Below, in pieces: positions 25,674 through 35,684 of a stretch of 64,000 bases of DNA; the stretch's first letter is position 1; each line of letters begins with the position of its first letter. A program made the translations under genes and the position numbers. The notes beneath the pieces were generated by a model, which did not search any database, was not told where the DNA came from, and saw nothing but the letters and a program-made list of their open reading frames with translations. The stretch comes from a virus (lineage: Duplodnaviria > Caudoviricetes): the IMG/VR virus record IMGVR_UViG_3300028907_000003, positions 1-64,000 of that record; one strand, written 5' to 3'.

Positions 25674-26768
25674 TCACCAACACATGATGGGATCACATGA
25701 GATCGCTATCTGTGGAGTTACCATCTTTACAGCTTCCAGGAAATCATCATTGGTAATCATATCAGCATCGCGTCTAATCGCGATCATACCAGCTTCAGTT
25801 ACTACCGCTTTCAGCTGCGCTCCATTAAACTTATCGGTTATCTTAGCGATATGAACCAGATTCGCATCATGGGGAACTCCGGTAGTATGTATCTTCAAGA
25901 TTTCCAATCTAGCAGCTTCATTTGGTAAGGGAATTTCAATGAGCCGATCAAAACGCCCCGGACGGAGTAAAGCAGGATCTATTACATCGATCCGATTAGT
26001 CGCAGCAATGATCCTAACATTTCCCCGGATGTTGAATCCATCCAATTCCGCAAGTAGCTGCATCATGGTACGCTGGACCTCATCAGAGCCAACCGTACCA
26101 TCATTGGTACGAACCTTACAGAGAGCATCGATTTCATCAAAGAATATGATAGACGGAGCCTTATCACGAGCCAGCTGGAATAATTCTCTAACCAACTTAG
26201 CACCTTCTCCAATGAACTTAGCAACTAGTTCAGTTGAAGCCATGTTGAAGAATGTAGCATTAGTAGCAGCCGCTACAGCTTTTGCAGCAACCGTTTTTCC
26301 ACACCCACTCGGACCATACAATAATACTGCTTTTGGTGGTTCGATATTGATCCTTTTGAATGCGTCTGGCTTTATCAGTGGTAACTCAAGGACTTCTCTA
26401 ATGTCGCGGATTTGTTTCTCCAATCCACCGATTTGCTCATATGATGTAGTGGGTTTTGACATTAGTTCCATGATATGAACACGTGGATCTTTGCCACCTC
26501 GCAAAACAGCCATGATCACACATCCAGCGTTAATCGCTACTACTGCTCCGGGTAATACCCGCTGTTCCAGGTCGGGACTGCAATATGTAGCTAATTCCAT
26601 GTTATTTCCCCGCTGGCGAATTATAACTACATCATCATCGATGACATCTATGACATCAGCTACGCTGAAAGGTGGGTTTGATAAGTTTCGAATGATCTCA
26701 GCTTGCTTATCAATAGTTGCTCGCATCTGTGCCATCTGTGTTATAGTAGAAGCTATATCTTCACTCAT
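25674..26768 (-). CDS. pan: proteasome-activating nucleotidase (AAA+)
   Basis: Coiled coil and OB domain, IGGL, GPSGCGKT, KFIG pore loop, FFDEID, ATNR, RPGRFDR. Confidence 0.92.
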   Translation of the reverse strand: MSEDIASTITQMAQMRATIDKQAEIIRNLSNPPFSVADVIDVIDDDVVIIRQRGNNMELATYCSPDLEQRVLPGAVVAINAGCVIMAVLRGGKDPRVHIMELMSKPTTSYEQIGGLEKQIRDIREVLELPLIKPDAFKRINIEPPKAVLLYGPSGCGKTVAAKAVAAATNATFFNMASTELVAKFIGEGAKLVRELFQLARDKAPSIIFFDEIDALCKVRTNDGTVGSDEVQRTMMQLLAELDGFNIRGNVRIIAATNRIDVIDPALLRPGRFDRLIEIPLPNEAARLEILKIHTTGVPHDANLVHIAKITDKFNGAQLKAVVTEAGMIAIRRDADMITNDDFLEAVKMVTPQIAISCDPIMCW

Positions 26769-26809
26769 ACTCAGTACTTAGCATTCGAACTATTTAAATG
26801 TTCCGCTAT

Positions 26810-26833
26810 CGTAGATTTATATGTAAAACTACG
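26810..26833. promoter_or_regulatory. palindromic TATA/operator element, copy 1
   Basis: CGTAGATTTA-TATG-TAAAACTACG. Confidence 0.5.
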
Positions 26834-26882
26834 TTAAAAGAGCGATAGGTTTATATTTAGGTAATGTCTATAAGAGATCAGT

Positions 26883-27098
26883 ATGAAATATGATAAAAAA
26901 TTCCCGTATGCAGAATACTTGGATGAAGTCTTTGGAGGAATATTTAAAGGCCATGAAAAGCGCCCATGTTTTATCTGCGGTGAATTGACCGAGTTTGTAG
27001 ATATGGATTATCAAGCTCATCTATGCTCAGAAGAATGCTCGACAGAACTAGATCAACGTGCGCTCAAAGCATGTTTAGAATCAGCGGTGGTAACATGA
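26883..27098 (+). CDS. small Zn-finger protein
   Basis: CFICG...LCSEEC. Confidence 0.55.
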   Translation: MKYDKKFPYAEYLDEVFGGIFKGHEKRPCFICGELTEFVDMDYQAHLCSEECSTELDQRALKACLESAVVT

Positions 27099-27448
27099 AA
27101 ACATCATACTTTAGCAAAGTAAAAGAAAATTTCCCAAATGCTGTAGCTATATGCCGATATAGCCCTGCTTGGTGGTCCGGATTTGAATATAAAGCTCTTG
27201 CGCCTAGTACTAAATTGCTATCGGATTATCGAGGAAAGGGTATATCTGATGCTGAATATGGCGCTAGATACCAACGAGAAGTATTAAATCTGTTGGATCC
27301 GCGTGTTACTTATGAAACAATTTGTAAGATGGCGGGTCCAGATGCTATATTGGTGTGTTGGGAAGGACCGACTAAATTCTGCCACAGGCATTTAGTTGCG
27401 CAGTGGTTTGAAGATGAAATTGGATGTAAAATACCGGAATTAGTATAA
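27095..27448 (+). CDS. DUF488-family protein
   Basis: MKTSYF...LAPS..LL...Y...Y..EVL..LDP...LVCWE....CHRHLVA. Confidence 0.75.
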   Translation: MKTSYFSKVKENFPNAVAICRYSPAWWSGFEYKALAPSTKLLSDYRGKGISDAEYGARYQREVLNLLDPRVTYETICKMAGPDAILVCWEGPTKFCHRHLVAQWFEDEIGCKIPELV

Positions 27449-27459
27449 CTCCGGCTATC

Positions 27460-27481
27460 GTATTTTTATATGTAAAAATAC
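27460..27481. promoter_or_regulatory. palindromic TATA/operator element, copy 2
   Basis: GTATTTTTA-TATG-TAAAAATAC perfect 9-bp inverted repeat; TATA about 27 nt upstream of ATG 27498. Confidence 0.55.
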
Positions 27482-27497
27482 ATTAAAAGGTGTTTCA

Positions 27498-27770
27498 ATG
27501 AATTACGGCGCATTTATGAGAATGTGGGAAATGGATGGGTTCCATTTCGTAGAGCATGAACGACATAAGCGTGAAGATGCTACGTGGGTATTGGTAACAG
27601 TGCTATCCGATTCGTTTACAAGCTCGTATGGAAGGCACTTTGGTATCACACTAGCGCTAGGAAAGGATGAACAGATCTTAGCACATGATATTATTAATCT
27701 GCAAGATAGTACGAATCCTACCCAGGACACTATGCGATGGTTTAAGCAGAATATGGAGAGTGGTCTTTAA
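27498..27770 (+). CDS. hypothetical protein
   Basis: 90-aa ORF after promoter. Confidence 0.5.
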   Translation: MNYGAFMRMWEMDGFHFVEHERHKREDATWVLVTVLSDSFTSSYGRHFGITLALGKDEQILAHDIINLQDSTNPTQDTMRWFKQNMESGL

Positions 27771-27947
27771 ATGAGCTTGGTGATTCGAGAATGATGAAGC
27801 GCGGAGTACCTGAGCAGCCTGCGTTATTGGAACCAGTACCCATGTATGTATATCATACGGTTACTGGATCCACAGGAGGATACGCGTGTTTTGCAAACAC
27901 AAACGCTACTACTTCGAGTACATGGTATGGAATAACGCCGTGATATT

Positions 27948-28370
27948 ATGGAATACCAACTAGTAGATCGAATATTAGACGAAAGTGTGTCTAATGTATG
28001 GGAAATTGCCCGAATGGAATGGAAATTTATAGAAGCTATGTATGGTGATGGAAGAGATAGCTGCGTATGCGGCCATCACCCTATAATAGAATTATGCTTC
28101 ATTGAAAATCAATACAACGGAAGAAAACTAATTGTTGGAAATTGCTGTGTTAAAAAATTCATGCCTCAGATGAAAACCGATGCAGTATTTCGAGCTATTA
28201 AAAAGAAAACTCTGAATCAGCCAATTATAGATTACGCTTATCAACATGGATGCATCAATGATTGGGAGTTCAAATTCTTAGCAAGTATTAAACGAAAACG
28301 AATTTTATCTGAGAAACAAAAATTATACAAGCAACGGCTATCCAACAAGATTTGGAAATCAGTCGGGTAA
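27948..28370 (+). CDS. hypothetical Zn-binding viral protein
   Basis: CVCGHHPI..LCFIEN..NG..L.VGNCCVKKF. Confidence 0.6.
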   Translation: MEYQLVDRILDESVSNVWEIARMEWKFIEAMYGDGRDSCVCGHHPIIELCFIENQYNGRKLIVGNCCVKKFMPQMKTDAVFRAIKKKTLNQPIIDYAYQHGCINDWEFKFLASIKRKRILSEKQKLYKQRLSNKIWKSVG

Positions 28371-28371
28371 T

Positions 28372-28393
28372 GTATTTTTATATGAAAAAGTAC
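28372..28393. promoter_or_regulatory. palindromic TATA/operator element, copy 3
   Basis: GTATTTTTA-TATG-AAAAAGTAC. Confidence 0.5.
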
Positions 28394-28401
28394 GATAAAA
28401 G

Positions 28402-28674
28402 GTGATAATAATGGTAGAACACAAGATGATAGACGGCGAGATGTCAGAATGGTGCAGAATTAAGTTTGAATCGTGGTGCAAGACGATACCGAATCTGTGG
28501 CGGTACGAAGAAAAGCTAACCGACATTGAAGCGAATTATCCACAAGCGATGTCCACGTTCTATAGGATCCTCAGCGAGCATGCTATCGCTATGGGAAAAG
28601 TACGCACATATGATGCCATTCAATGGTTCATATTCGGAGGACTTATTGGATGTCTAATAGGACTCCTCCTTTAA
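28402..28674 (+). CDS. hypothetical protein with C-terminal TM helix
   Basis: Ends WFIFGGLIGCLIGLLL. Confidence 0.5.
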   Translation: MIIMVEHKMIDGEMSEWCRIKFESWCKTIPNLWRYEEKLTDIEANYPQAMSTFYRILSEHAIAMGKVRTYDAIQWFIFGGLIGCLIGLLL

Positions 28675-29490
28675 TGTATTTTTAACGTAACTTTATTAAA
28701 AAATTAATGTATAATCTCTAGTACATATCAAAAAATATAAAAAACATGGAGGGGGCCGGATTTCAACAGTCTAAAGATAGTGATGGGGTACGGGTCCACT
28801 GCTACCGATTTTGAGAATTACTTTATTATTATTTTTTGTTGTTACCTGGTTTAAATTCGTATGCTATAGGTAATATTTTTAAATTAATGGAATAATAATC
28901 GTGTTTTTAGATCGCGATTTTAAAAACATTATCAGCAAAGGCCATGATTCATATTCACATTATTATAAATATGAGTTATAGGCTGATAAGCATAGGTTTA
29001 TGCCGCAGATATAGCTTATTCTTATATGATATGGAATAAATGACTTAGGAAAGCACAAAATAGCCCAGTAACACGTTAAATTATACACATTTTTATAATA
29101 ATATGTCCTGGCAATCAACCCTTAGATTCATATACCAAAAACATATTTATAAAATTGTTTGAATGAACATTTTTATTTTTTCATTTTTATATCACAAAAT
29201 ATTATTTTTTGACCGTAATTGTTAATAACTCTTGCAGGTTCCCGCATATCGATTTTATATCCTGGCAATAGTATATTTTACCTTATGTTTAATGTTTATT
29301 TTATTATTACTGTTATCGTTGTTTATAATATGCCTTACTGTTATTTATATTCTGACCATATAATAGTATTCTGTATGGGTCTGCTGATATCGCTTTTATT
29401 ATTTTTGGTATTTACCGATTTTATACGTTCGCTTGATAGTGTTTTTTGTAATTCGCGCAAACCATATAGACTTATTTTTAATGGTCCTAT

Positions 29491-29671
29491 ATCGCGATAT
29501 TAAAACCGATAACTATAAGCCTATTTTTTGATATGAACCTTGAATTATGAACCTTTACCGCGAGAAATGAGCCAAAAAATGAACCTTTACCGCCCTATAT
29601 GTAGAAAGCTTTATATACTTGAAAAACAAGGTATAGCATAGACAAAAGCTAAATAAGGAGATACGGAAATG
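29491..29671 (+). repeat. promoter module A, copy 1
   Basis: ATCGCGATATTAAAACC...2x ATGAACCTTTACCGC...GAAAGCTTTATATA...ATAGCATAG...AGGAGATAC..ATG. Confidence 0.85.
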
Positions 29672-29965
29672 ATAAGCAAATATCAAGCACGAAAAAACCA
29701 TCAATTAGCCGTTGAAAAAACAATATTAGAGGTATTAGCAATTGGAATATCTTTATTAATCGTAGTGTTATCAATCTAAGGAAGGGTTAAAAATGGCTAA
29801 TGTTAGACGAATATCGAGGAGGCGGAAAGCCGACAAAACAGCAGTTTCAAACCATTGGAGACAACAATATATTAATTCTGTCATAAATGGTGGGATTGAA
29901 GCTTTCGCATTGCCGGAAACAGAAACAACAGGATATTCGTTATAAATTAAAGGAGTTGAATAAAA

Positions 29966-30658
29966 ATGCAAAATTTTATTGTGATGGGTGAACAGATAAA
30001 GAGCTTTGGAATTGAGAATATCGCAAATATGCACCATCTCTATATAGAGATTGACCATGTAGAAAAGACGGGAAGATATCAGCTATTCGATAATTCAAGC
30101 AATATTATTCAAGAATCAGATAAGCCTTACGATTTTATTTTTGGATATCTTAAAAAAGAGAAATTATTAAAATATTCCATGAATAAATGGGAAAGCGGAG
30201 ATTCGTATATCGGCGAACACTACGATGATTATTATGTAATTGCCTCAATGCATCGAGATTCAAATATATTGGAAAAATCCAATTACACCAGTATTAAGAA
30301 ATGCTTGGATGAGAATAAAATTACATATATAGAAGTAAGGTTCGCCCATTGGGCTGTTGGTTGGGTTGATCAAATATTAATCCAAGAAGAAGAATATTAT
30401 TCTCTTGAATTTGTCGAGGATAATATTATGGATAGAATAAAAGATTATCCTATATTTGATGAGGATAATTTTGAAGAGTTTAGAATCGAAGAACAAAACG
30501 GTAATATCGAGATGATATTAGACGATCTTAGACGGCAATTTCAAGTGAATAATCTATCTCAGGAAGAAAAATTAGAATATGTAAAAAAGACTTGGTATAT
30601 GGACGGCTTAACTCGGCAAAGTTTAGAAGATGCCGCTTATGATATGGTGGAATTTTAA
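29966..30658 (+). CDS. conserved viral hypothetical protein
   Basis: HRDSNILEKSN...RFAHWAVGWVD...DYPIFDE motif, familiar from phage early regions. Confidence 0.65.
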   Translation: MQNFIVMGEQIKSFGIENIANMHHLYIEIDHVEKTGRYQLFDNSSNIIQESDKPYDFIFGYLKKEKLLKYSMNKWESGDSYIGEHYDDYYVIASMHRDSNILEKSNYTSIKKCLDENKITYIEVRFAHWAVGWVDQILIQEEEYYSLEFVEDNIMDRIKDYPIFDEDNFEEFRIEEQNGNIEMILDDLRRQFQVNNLSQEEKLEYVKKTWYMDGLTRQSLEDAAYDMVEF

Positions 30659-30898
30659 ATGAAACATTTTATTTTAATGTGGGGATTAAAAGGATGTCTA
30701 CCAGATACATGCCAAGCATTTAAATATAAAAAAGATGCTATTCAATACACCATCGATGTATTAGAACTGCCAAAATATGGGAACACTATTAAAGATTTAA
30801 AAGAATTTAATTACGTTGATACAAATATTGTGCATGGTATTGAATATATAGAAATAGAAATATGCAATTGTAAGGATATTAATGTGCATATGGAGTGA
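30659..30898 (+). CDS. hypothetical protein
   Basis: 79-aa coupled ORF. Confidence 0.5.
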   Translation: MKHFILMWGLKGCLPDTCQAFKYKKDAIQYTIDVLELPKYGNTIKDLKEFNYVDTNIVHGIEYIEIEICNCKDINVHME

Positions 30899-31149
30899 TT
30901 TATATGTATCAAGTTATATATAAAGGTGCTACGATTGAATCAAAGCATATGATACGAATAGCCCATATCATCCATACTATTCAAGTAAAAGAATTCAAAG
31001 ATACATATATGGATGTAGTAGAAAAAGGAGGATTTATAAAAATCCCTCCATCAACTGCGGATATATATAAATCCTTAGTTGGGAGAAAGCCGACAAAAAA
31101 CCAAATAGAATTATTAAAATCCTGGTATGGTGATGAGAGATATATTTAA
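30895..31149 (+). CDS. hypothetical protein
   Basis: 84-aa ORF. Confidence 0.45.
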   Translation: MIYMYQVIYKGATIESKHMIRIAHIIHTIQVKEFKDTYMDVVEKGGFIKIPPSTADIYKSLVGRKPTKNQIELLKSWYGDERYI

Positions 31150-31299
31150 TTGGGTGAATAAAAACATGAGATGCGAATTTTGCCGGACAGGATGGACACA
31201 TTACAGCAATGTATCACGAGAAGAAGAGATATTTGCTATTTGCCCATACTGCTTTAATCCGAGATTAACCGAATGACAATTAGTATTAGTTAAACGGTA

Positions 31300-31478
31300 A
31301 TCGCGATATTAAAACCAATATCTATAAACCTATTTTTTCATATGAAGCTTGAATTATGAACCTTTACCGCTTAAATGAACCTGAAAATGAACCTTTACCG
31401 CCCTATATACCGAAAGCCTTATATAGTTATCTAATAGGTTATAGCATAGTCAAGAGTTAAAAAGGAGATACTAAAATG
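31300..31478 (+). repeat. promoter module A, copy 2
   Basis: Colinear match to 29491-29671 with the same conserved blocks. Confidence 0.85.
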
Positions 31479-31715
31479 CAAATTAGAAAAGGATGCAAAT
31501 ATAAATATGTCCCGGTCCCGTTAGATATATTTATTCCATGTATCGGAGCAAAAAAAAGGGTTTTGCTCGAAGGTGATATCGTTAAGGTAATTGCTCCGCC
31601 CGGTATGCCAAAAGCAAAAACTATTAATTGCAATCATGTATATATTGATGTAGAAATAAATGGCAAATGGGAATTTGCCGGACTGATTCATATTAATTCC
31701 CTGGAGAAGATTTAA
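31476..31715 (+). CDS. small SH3-like hypothetical protein
   Basis: LLEGDIVKVI...GLIHINSLEKI; SD AGGAG. Confidence 0.55.
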   Translation: MQIRKGCKYKYVPVPLDIFIPCIGAKKRVLLEGDIVKVIAPPGMPKAKTINCNHVYIDVEINGKWEFAGLIHINSLEKI

Positions 31716-31716
31716 A

Positions 31717-31950
31717 ATGCTTAATCCTTACCAAATAGTTATATTGGATTATCGTCCTGGTGGTCATATTTGGCGGCATGACTTTAACAGCGCCGGAGAT
31801 TATTGGACGCCGGGAACAAAAGCAAGCCGTTTTGCCCAGCCATTTAAAGAATTAAGCCGTATGGGGATGAGAATTAAAGTATTTGTATATAATTCAATTG
31901 ATGAGATGCCCGAAGAGTACAGAAAAGAGCAAGCAGAAGATCATTATTAA
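31717..31950 (+). CDS. hypothetical protein
   Basis: 77-aa ORF. Confidence 0.5.
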   Translation: MLNPYQIVILDYRPGGHIWRHDFNSAGDYWTPGTKASRFAQPFKELSRMGMRIKVFVYNSIDEMPEEYRKEQAEDHY

Positions 31951-31956
31951 AAAGGA

Positions 31957-32724
31957 GTGATAAAGATGATGCCATTTGATTTAAGCACAATTAATAAAAA
32001 CGTGTTGGAAAGCCTGCCAGAGTACAAAAAGCCAAAAACATATAAAATAGATAACCACATGGGCAATGGTTGTTTTTTGGATGCCCCAGGATATCCCAGT
32101 TATTTCACTCAATCCGTTTATACTTCGCGTGGTGATAGTCCGAGATTTGGGCCGGAGTATGTGATTTTTGGCAGAGAATTACCAAATGATTTTGAGGAGA
32201 AACAAAAAGTATTAGAAGATTTATATATTAAACTGCCTATCGATAATGTAAGGGTTCAAGAATGGATTAAATACTTATTCAAGTATTTTAATCATTGTTA
32301 TGTGGATGATAGTCTGGGACCGCAAGCAATGAATGCCGATAAAGTTAAAATATGGCCTATTCCATATTATAAGCTTAAGAGCTTTTCTTATCCGTACAAC
32401 TACCGGAGCAATGAAGCTTATCACTATTCCAAGAATTTAAGAATCAAGAGAAGGGAAGCAATTGCCCAGGAGAATAATATATTAATAGAGAAATACCGCA
32501 AAATATGCATCCCGGCAAACCATGTTGCATATAGACATATCAAAAAAGTTTATCCTGATGCAAAAGCTGAAGATTACATTAAATATATAAAAACACCACC
32601 GGATGCATATAACTGGTACGAAAGACTGTCAAAAAAACCTTCGCCAGAAGAGTGTCCGGGCGAGGATTGGGTAAAGCATCCTGTTAATGGTAATTGGTGT
32701 CAAGTATGCGGATGGAAAAAATAA
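31957..32724 (+). CDS. hypothetical protein with C-terminal Cys/His knuckle
   Basis: 255 aa; ends CPGEDWVKHP...CQVCG. Confidence 0.6.
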   Translation: MIKMMPFDLSTINKNVLESLPEYKKPKTYKIDNHMGNGCFLDAPGYPSYFTQSVYTSRGDSPRFGPEYVIFGRELPNDFEEKQKVLEDLYIKLPIDNVRVQEWIKYLFKYFNHCYVDDSLGPQAMNADKVKIWPIPYYKLKSFSYPYNYRSNEAYHYSKNLRIKRREAIAQENNILIEKYRKICIPANHVAYRHIKKVYPDAKAEDYIKYIKTPPDAYNWYERLSKKPSPEECPGEDWVKHPVNGNWCQVCGWKK

Positions 32725-32744
32725 ATTTTTAGGAGGTTATAAAA

Positions 32745-33041
32745 ATGTCTAAGTATCTGGTAAAGCTTCAAACAAATAGCAACGTATGGCCTATAAAAAC
32801 ATTAAAATTAGTAGCATTTAATTTAATTCATTTGGAACAAAAGATTAGAAAAGAAATAAAAGAATTGCAAGCGAGGCAAAACAAAAATTATTATTTAACT
32901 GGTGGATATTCATTTGAAGAATATACCAAGAGAGATTATTTAATTGATATTATCGAGGATGCATTAAAAAATCCAGAAGAAATAAATTCCCGATATATGG
33001 CCGATGAAATAATAGAATTATTTTATGTGGAAGAAGAATAA
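32745..33041 (+). CDS. hypothetical protein
   Basis: SD GGAGGT; followed by T-run. Confidence 0.55.
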   Translation: MSKYLVKLQTNSNVWPIKTLKLVAFNLIHLEQKIRKEIKELQARQNKNYYLTGGYSFEEYTKRDYLIDIIEDALKNPEEINSRYMADEIIELFYVEEE

Positions 33042-33072
33042 AAATATTTTTTTTTAAATCAATAAAAAAATA

Positions 33073-33124
33073 AAACAATAATTGTTTCTCCCCTTTTGTT
33101 ATTAATGTTATATATACCTATCGG
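33073..33124 (-). repeat. module B, copy 1 (antisense TATA, SD-like site, palindrome, T-run)
   Basis: AAACAATAATTGTTTCTCCCCTTTT...TATATATACCT.TCGG. Confidence 0.75.
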
Positions 33125-33462
33125 TTAGTTGGATAATAGGCTTGATATCTACCGATAAACAAACCGATAGACATAAGCTTAAAAGGCTGTAATATGCCCA
33201 TAAACACGTTTTTCTATCAATTTAATATCAATATAGCACCTACTAGTTTTTTGCCATTTTTACAACAAAATTTTATAATAACCTGGCATCGCGGAGAAAA
33301 AATAAACCTGCTGGTATCGATTTTATGATATCTTCGGTTAATTCGCTCCAAATATAGCCAAAAATGGCTTTAGGACGGCAAAATAAGCTAATCATAACCG
33401 AAAGCTTTATATGCATATAAGCCAATGGTAGCATATCCCATAAGGGAAAGGATTGATATAAA

Positions 33463-33783
33463 ATGCCATACAGCAATTTAAATAAAAGTCATAGATTAGT
33501 TGGAAGAAAAGCAACGACTGAAGAAAAAACAATCGCAAAAGGTGTTTATGAGATCGCAAAACAGAAAAATAAACACGTTCCTTATATCTATGTCCAAGAA
33601 GGATATAACTGTATATTTATATTTGTATGGGACGACTCCGATATATTTAAATATGGTGGAAAAGTATCAAGTCAGATAATTTTTAGCAATTATATAGTAC
33701 CGTTTGGAAAAAAATTTGGTTATGAAGTTGATATAAAGCCAAATACAGAAATTCAAGAATATTATATAAAGAAGGTGGAATAA
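33463..33783 (+). CDS. hypothetical protein
   Basis: After BRE-TATA CCGAAAGCTTTATAT. Confidence 0.55.
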   Translation: MPYSNLNKSHRLVGRKATTEEKTIAKGVYEIAKQKNKHVPYIYVQEGYNCIFIFVWDDSDIFKYGGKVSSQIIFSNYIVPFGKKFGYEVDIKPNTEIQEYYIKKVE

Positions 33784-33886
33784 ATGTCTAAAGTAATTTT
33801 TTCACAATGGGAGAAGATAGTTTATACCATATATGGTATATTTGTATTCGATATAGACACAAATAAATTAATCGGAGTGTATTAAA

Positions 33887-34183
33887 ATGCCTATATTAAA
33901 AGAAAAACATTTTAAAAAACCAAGTTTCACCGATGTTACAGAAAAAGAAAACTATATATTTAGAGAAATTAAACAGTTTCTGATAAAACGACATATATAT
34001 ATTAAAACTGATATATATATCCTGGAATATCCTTATAGTGGATATATTGTATGCAATATATCCAATGACAATATACCATCTAATCAATGGGTATATTCTA
34101 ATATATTGACAAATATATTTAATCCCATTGAATTGATATATTACGACGTCGATTTGACAGTTAATATACCAAATGAGGAATAA
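33887..34183 (+). CDS. hypothetical protein
   Basis: SD GGAGTG. Confidence 0.5.
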   Translation: MPILKEKHFKKPSFTDVTEKENYIFREIKQFLIKRHIYIKTDIYILEYPYSGYIVCNISNDNIPSNQWVYSNILTNIFNPIELIYYDVDLTVNIPNEE

Positions 34184-34206
34184 ATAAAGATTTGTATTAA
34201 AGGAGA

Positions 34207-34407
34207 TTGATTAAAATGCCAACATATCAAATAGAAATATCAAGGGTTGAATATTCAAGAGGTATTATTGAAGTAGAAGCTAAAGATGAGGAAGAGATTA
34301 GAAATAATTATTTTGAAAAAGTGACAGAAAATATAGACTATTCAGATTTTGAAATGATTGAAGCGGAAGAAGAGATCTTATCAATTGAAAAAATAGGAGA
34401 AGATTAA
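34207..34407 (+). CDS. small acidic protein (DpnD/PcfM-like pattern)
   Basis: YQIEISRVEYSRGIIEVEAKDEEE. Confidence 0.45.
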   Translation: MIKMPTYQIEISRVEYSRGIIEVEAKDEEEIRNNYFEKVTENIDYSDFEMIEAEEEILSIEKIGED

Positions 34408-34466
34408 AATGCCATATTTTGTATCTCGCCAATTGTATTATTACCAAAATATAGGAGTGTATTAAA

Positions 34467-34661
34467 ATGTCATTTACAGATAAACAAAAAAAAGAGTACT
34501 TATCGCATCACGGGAATAACTGTCCTTACTGTGGATCTAAAGATATTGGTTATATCGGCCATGAATTTGATGAAACAATAGAAATATATGTCGAATGCTA
34601 TAACTGTTGGAGTACTTGGACAGAATTATATGCATTATATGATATTCAAAAGGATGAATAA
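34467..34661 (+). CDS. CPxCG Zn-finger protein
   Basis: CPYCGS...CYNC. Confidence 0.6.
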   Translation: MSFTDKQKKEYLSHHGNNCPYCGSKDIGYIGHEFDETIEIYVECYNCWSTWTELYALYDIQKDE

Positions 34662-34663
34662 AA

Positions 34664-35245
34664 ATGTCTTTATTAACTCCTGGTAATTCAAAGTTGGGAA
34701 GAAGTATCTTATCTTTTTCCCTACCAGCTAAAAAAACTTGCAAGCCTTCCAAATGGTGCCAAGAAAAATGTTATGCTTGCAAAGGACTTTTTAAAGCATT
34801 TGAAAAGAATATTATTAAATGTTATGAAAGAAATTATCAAGCTTCCTTAAGTGATACGTTTATTGAAGAAATTAACAACGAATTAGCTAAAAAACGTAAT
34901 CCTTCATATATAAGGATACATGCAAGCGGTGATTTTTATAGCCAAGAGTATATTAAAAAGTGGGTTGAAATTGCATCGCATAATCCGAGGCATCGATTTT
35001 TGGCATTTACTAAAAGGATGGACTTTGAAAAAGAATTAATAGAGTTAGCAGTATTGCCTAATGTAGCCGTCTATCAATCCATTGATTCAACGATTGAATA
35101 TCGTTCTAAATATCTTAGAAAAGCGGTGATAGATGATTATGGCTATGATATCAATCCCAGGACTTTTATAAAATGCTCTGGTAGTTGCTCCGATTGCTTG
35201 ATTTGTTGGAAGAATACAAATAATATTATGTTTAAGGAGCATTAA
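34664..35245 (+). CDS. Gp88-like (radical-SAM-like Cys) protein
   Basis: GNSKLG..I.SFSLPA..TC....C...CYA..G; RIHASGDF; AFTK. Confidence 0.7.
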   Translation: MSLLTPGNSKLGRSILSFSLPAKKTCKPSKWCQEKCYACKGLFKAFEKNIIKCYERNYQASLSDTFIEEINNELAKKRNPSYIRIHASGDFYSQEYIKKWVEIASHNPRHRFLAFTKRMDFEKELIELAVLPNVAVYQSIDSTIEYRSKYLRKAVIDDYGYDINPRTFIKCSGSCSDCLICWKNTNNIMFKEH

Positions 35246-35249
35246 AAAT

Positions 35250-35444
35250 ATGGCGTATACTGAAATTAACATTAAAAGGTTTAAAAAATTATCCAATATT
35301 ATTTTGGATATTAAAAAATTAAACCTTCATAAAGAATGTGAAATAAAAGTATTGAGATTATTTGTATTAAATTCAAATACCTATAATCAATTACCGTATG
35401 AATACAAAAATATGTTATTAGAAGAAGTATTTAAAGATAATTAA
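35250..35444 (+). CDS. hypothetical protein
   Basis: 64-aa ORF followed by T-runs. Confidence 0.4.
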   Translation: MAYTEINIKRFKKLSNIILDIKKLNLHKECEIKVLRLFVLNSNTYNQLPYEYKNMLLEEVFKDN

Positions 35445-35684
35445 ATTATCTTTTTTTAATCTTTTTTATTTTTGTTTTCATTGAAACACCCATAAAACTA
35501 GTCTCTTTTGTTGTAATGCTATTAACATACATCGATTTTAAGGCCGTTTTTAGGCCCGTAATAAGGCTTTTAATCCGCTTGTGCGGTAGCTATAACCTAC
35601 CAGGATAATTGCCATTTTTACAACACTAATTTATATAATATCTTAAAATAAAAATTAAATAAAATAAATAAAGTAATAAAAAAT

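Noticed and set aside
25939-26781. Long antisense ORFs over PAN (similar ones lie over the baseplate, helicase and MTase genes)
   Set aside because: Ser/Ile-rich antisense shadows of real genes with no motifs or start signals
28800-29503. ORF 29219..29503 and other ORFs in the AT-rich left end
   Set aside because: Low-complexity Ile/Phe/Tyr translation typical of AT-rich non-coding DNA; no SD or promoter
33874-34469. Repeated GGAGTGTATTAAAATG junction giving two micro-ORFs ending IGVY
   Set aside because: Fully explained as SD plus spacer plus stop/start
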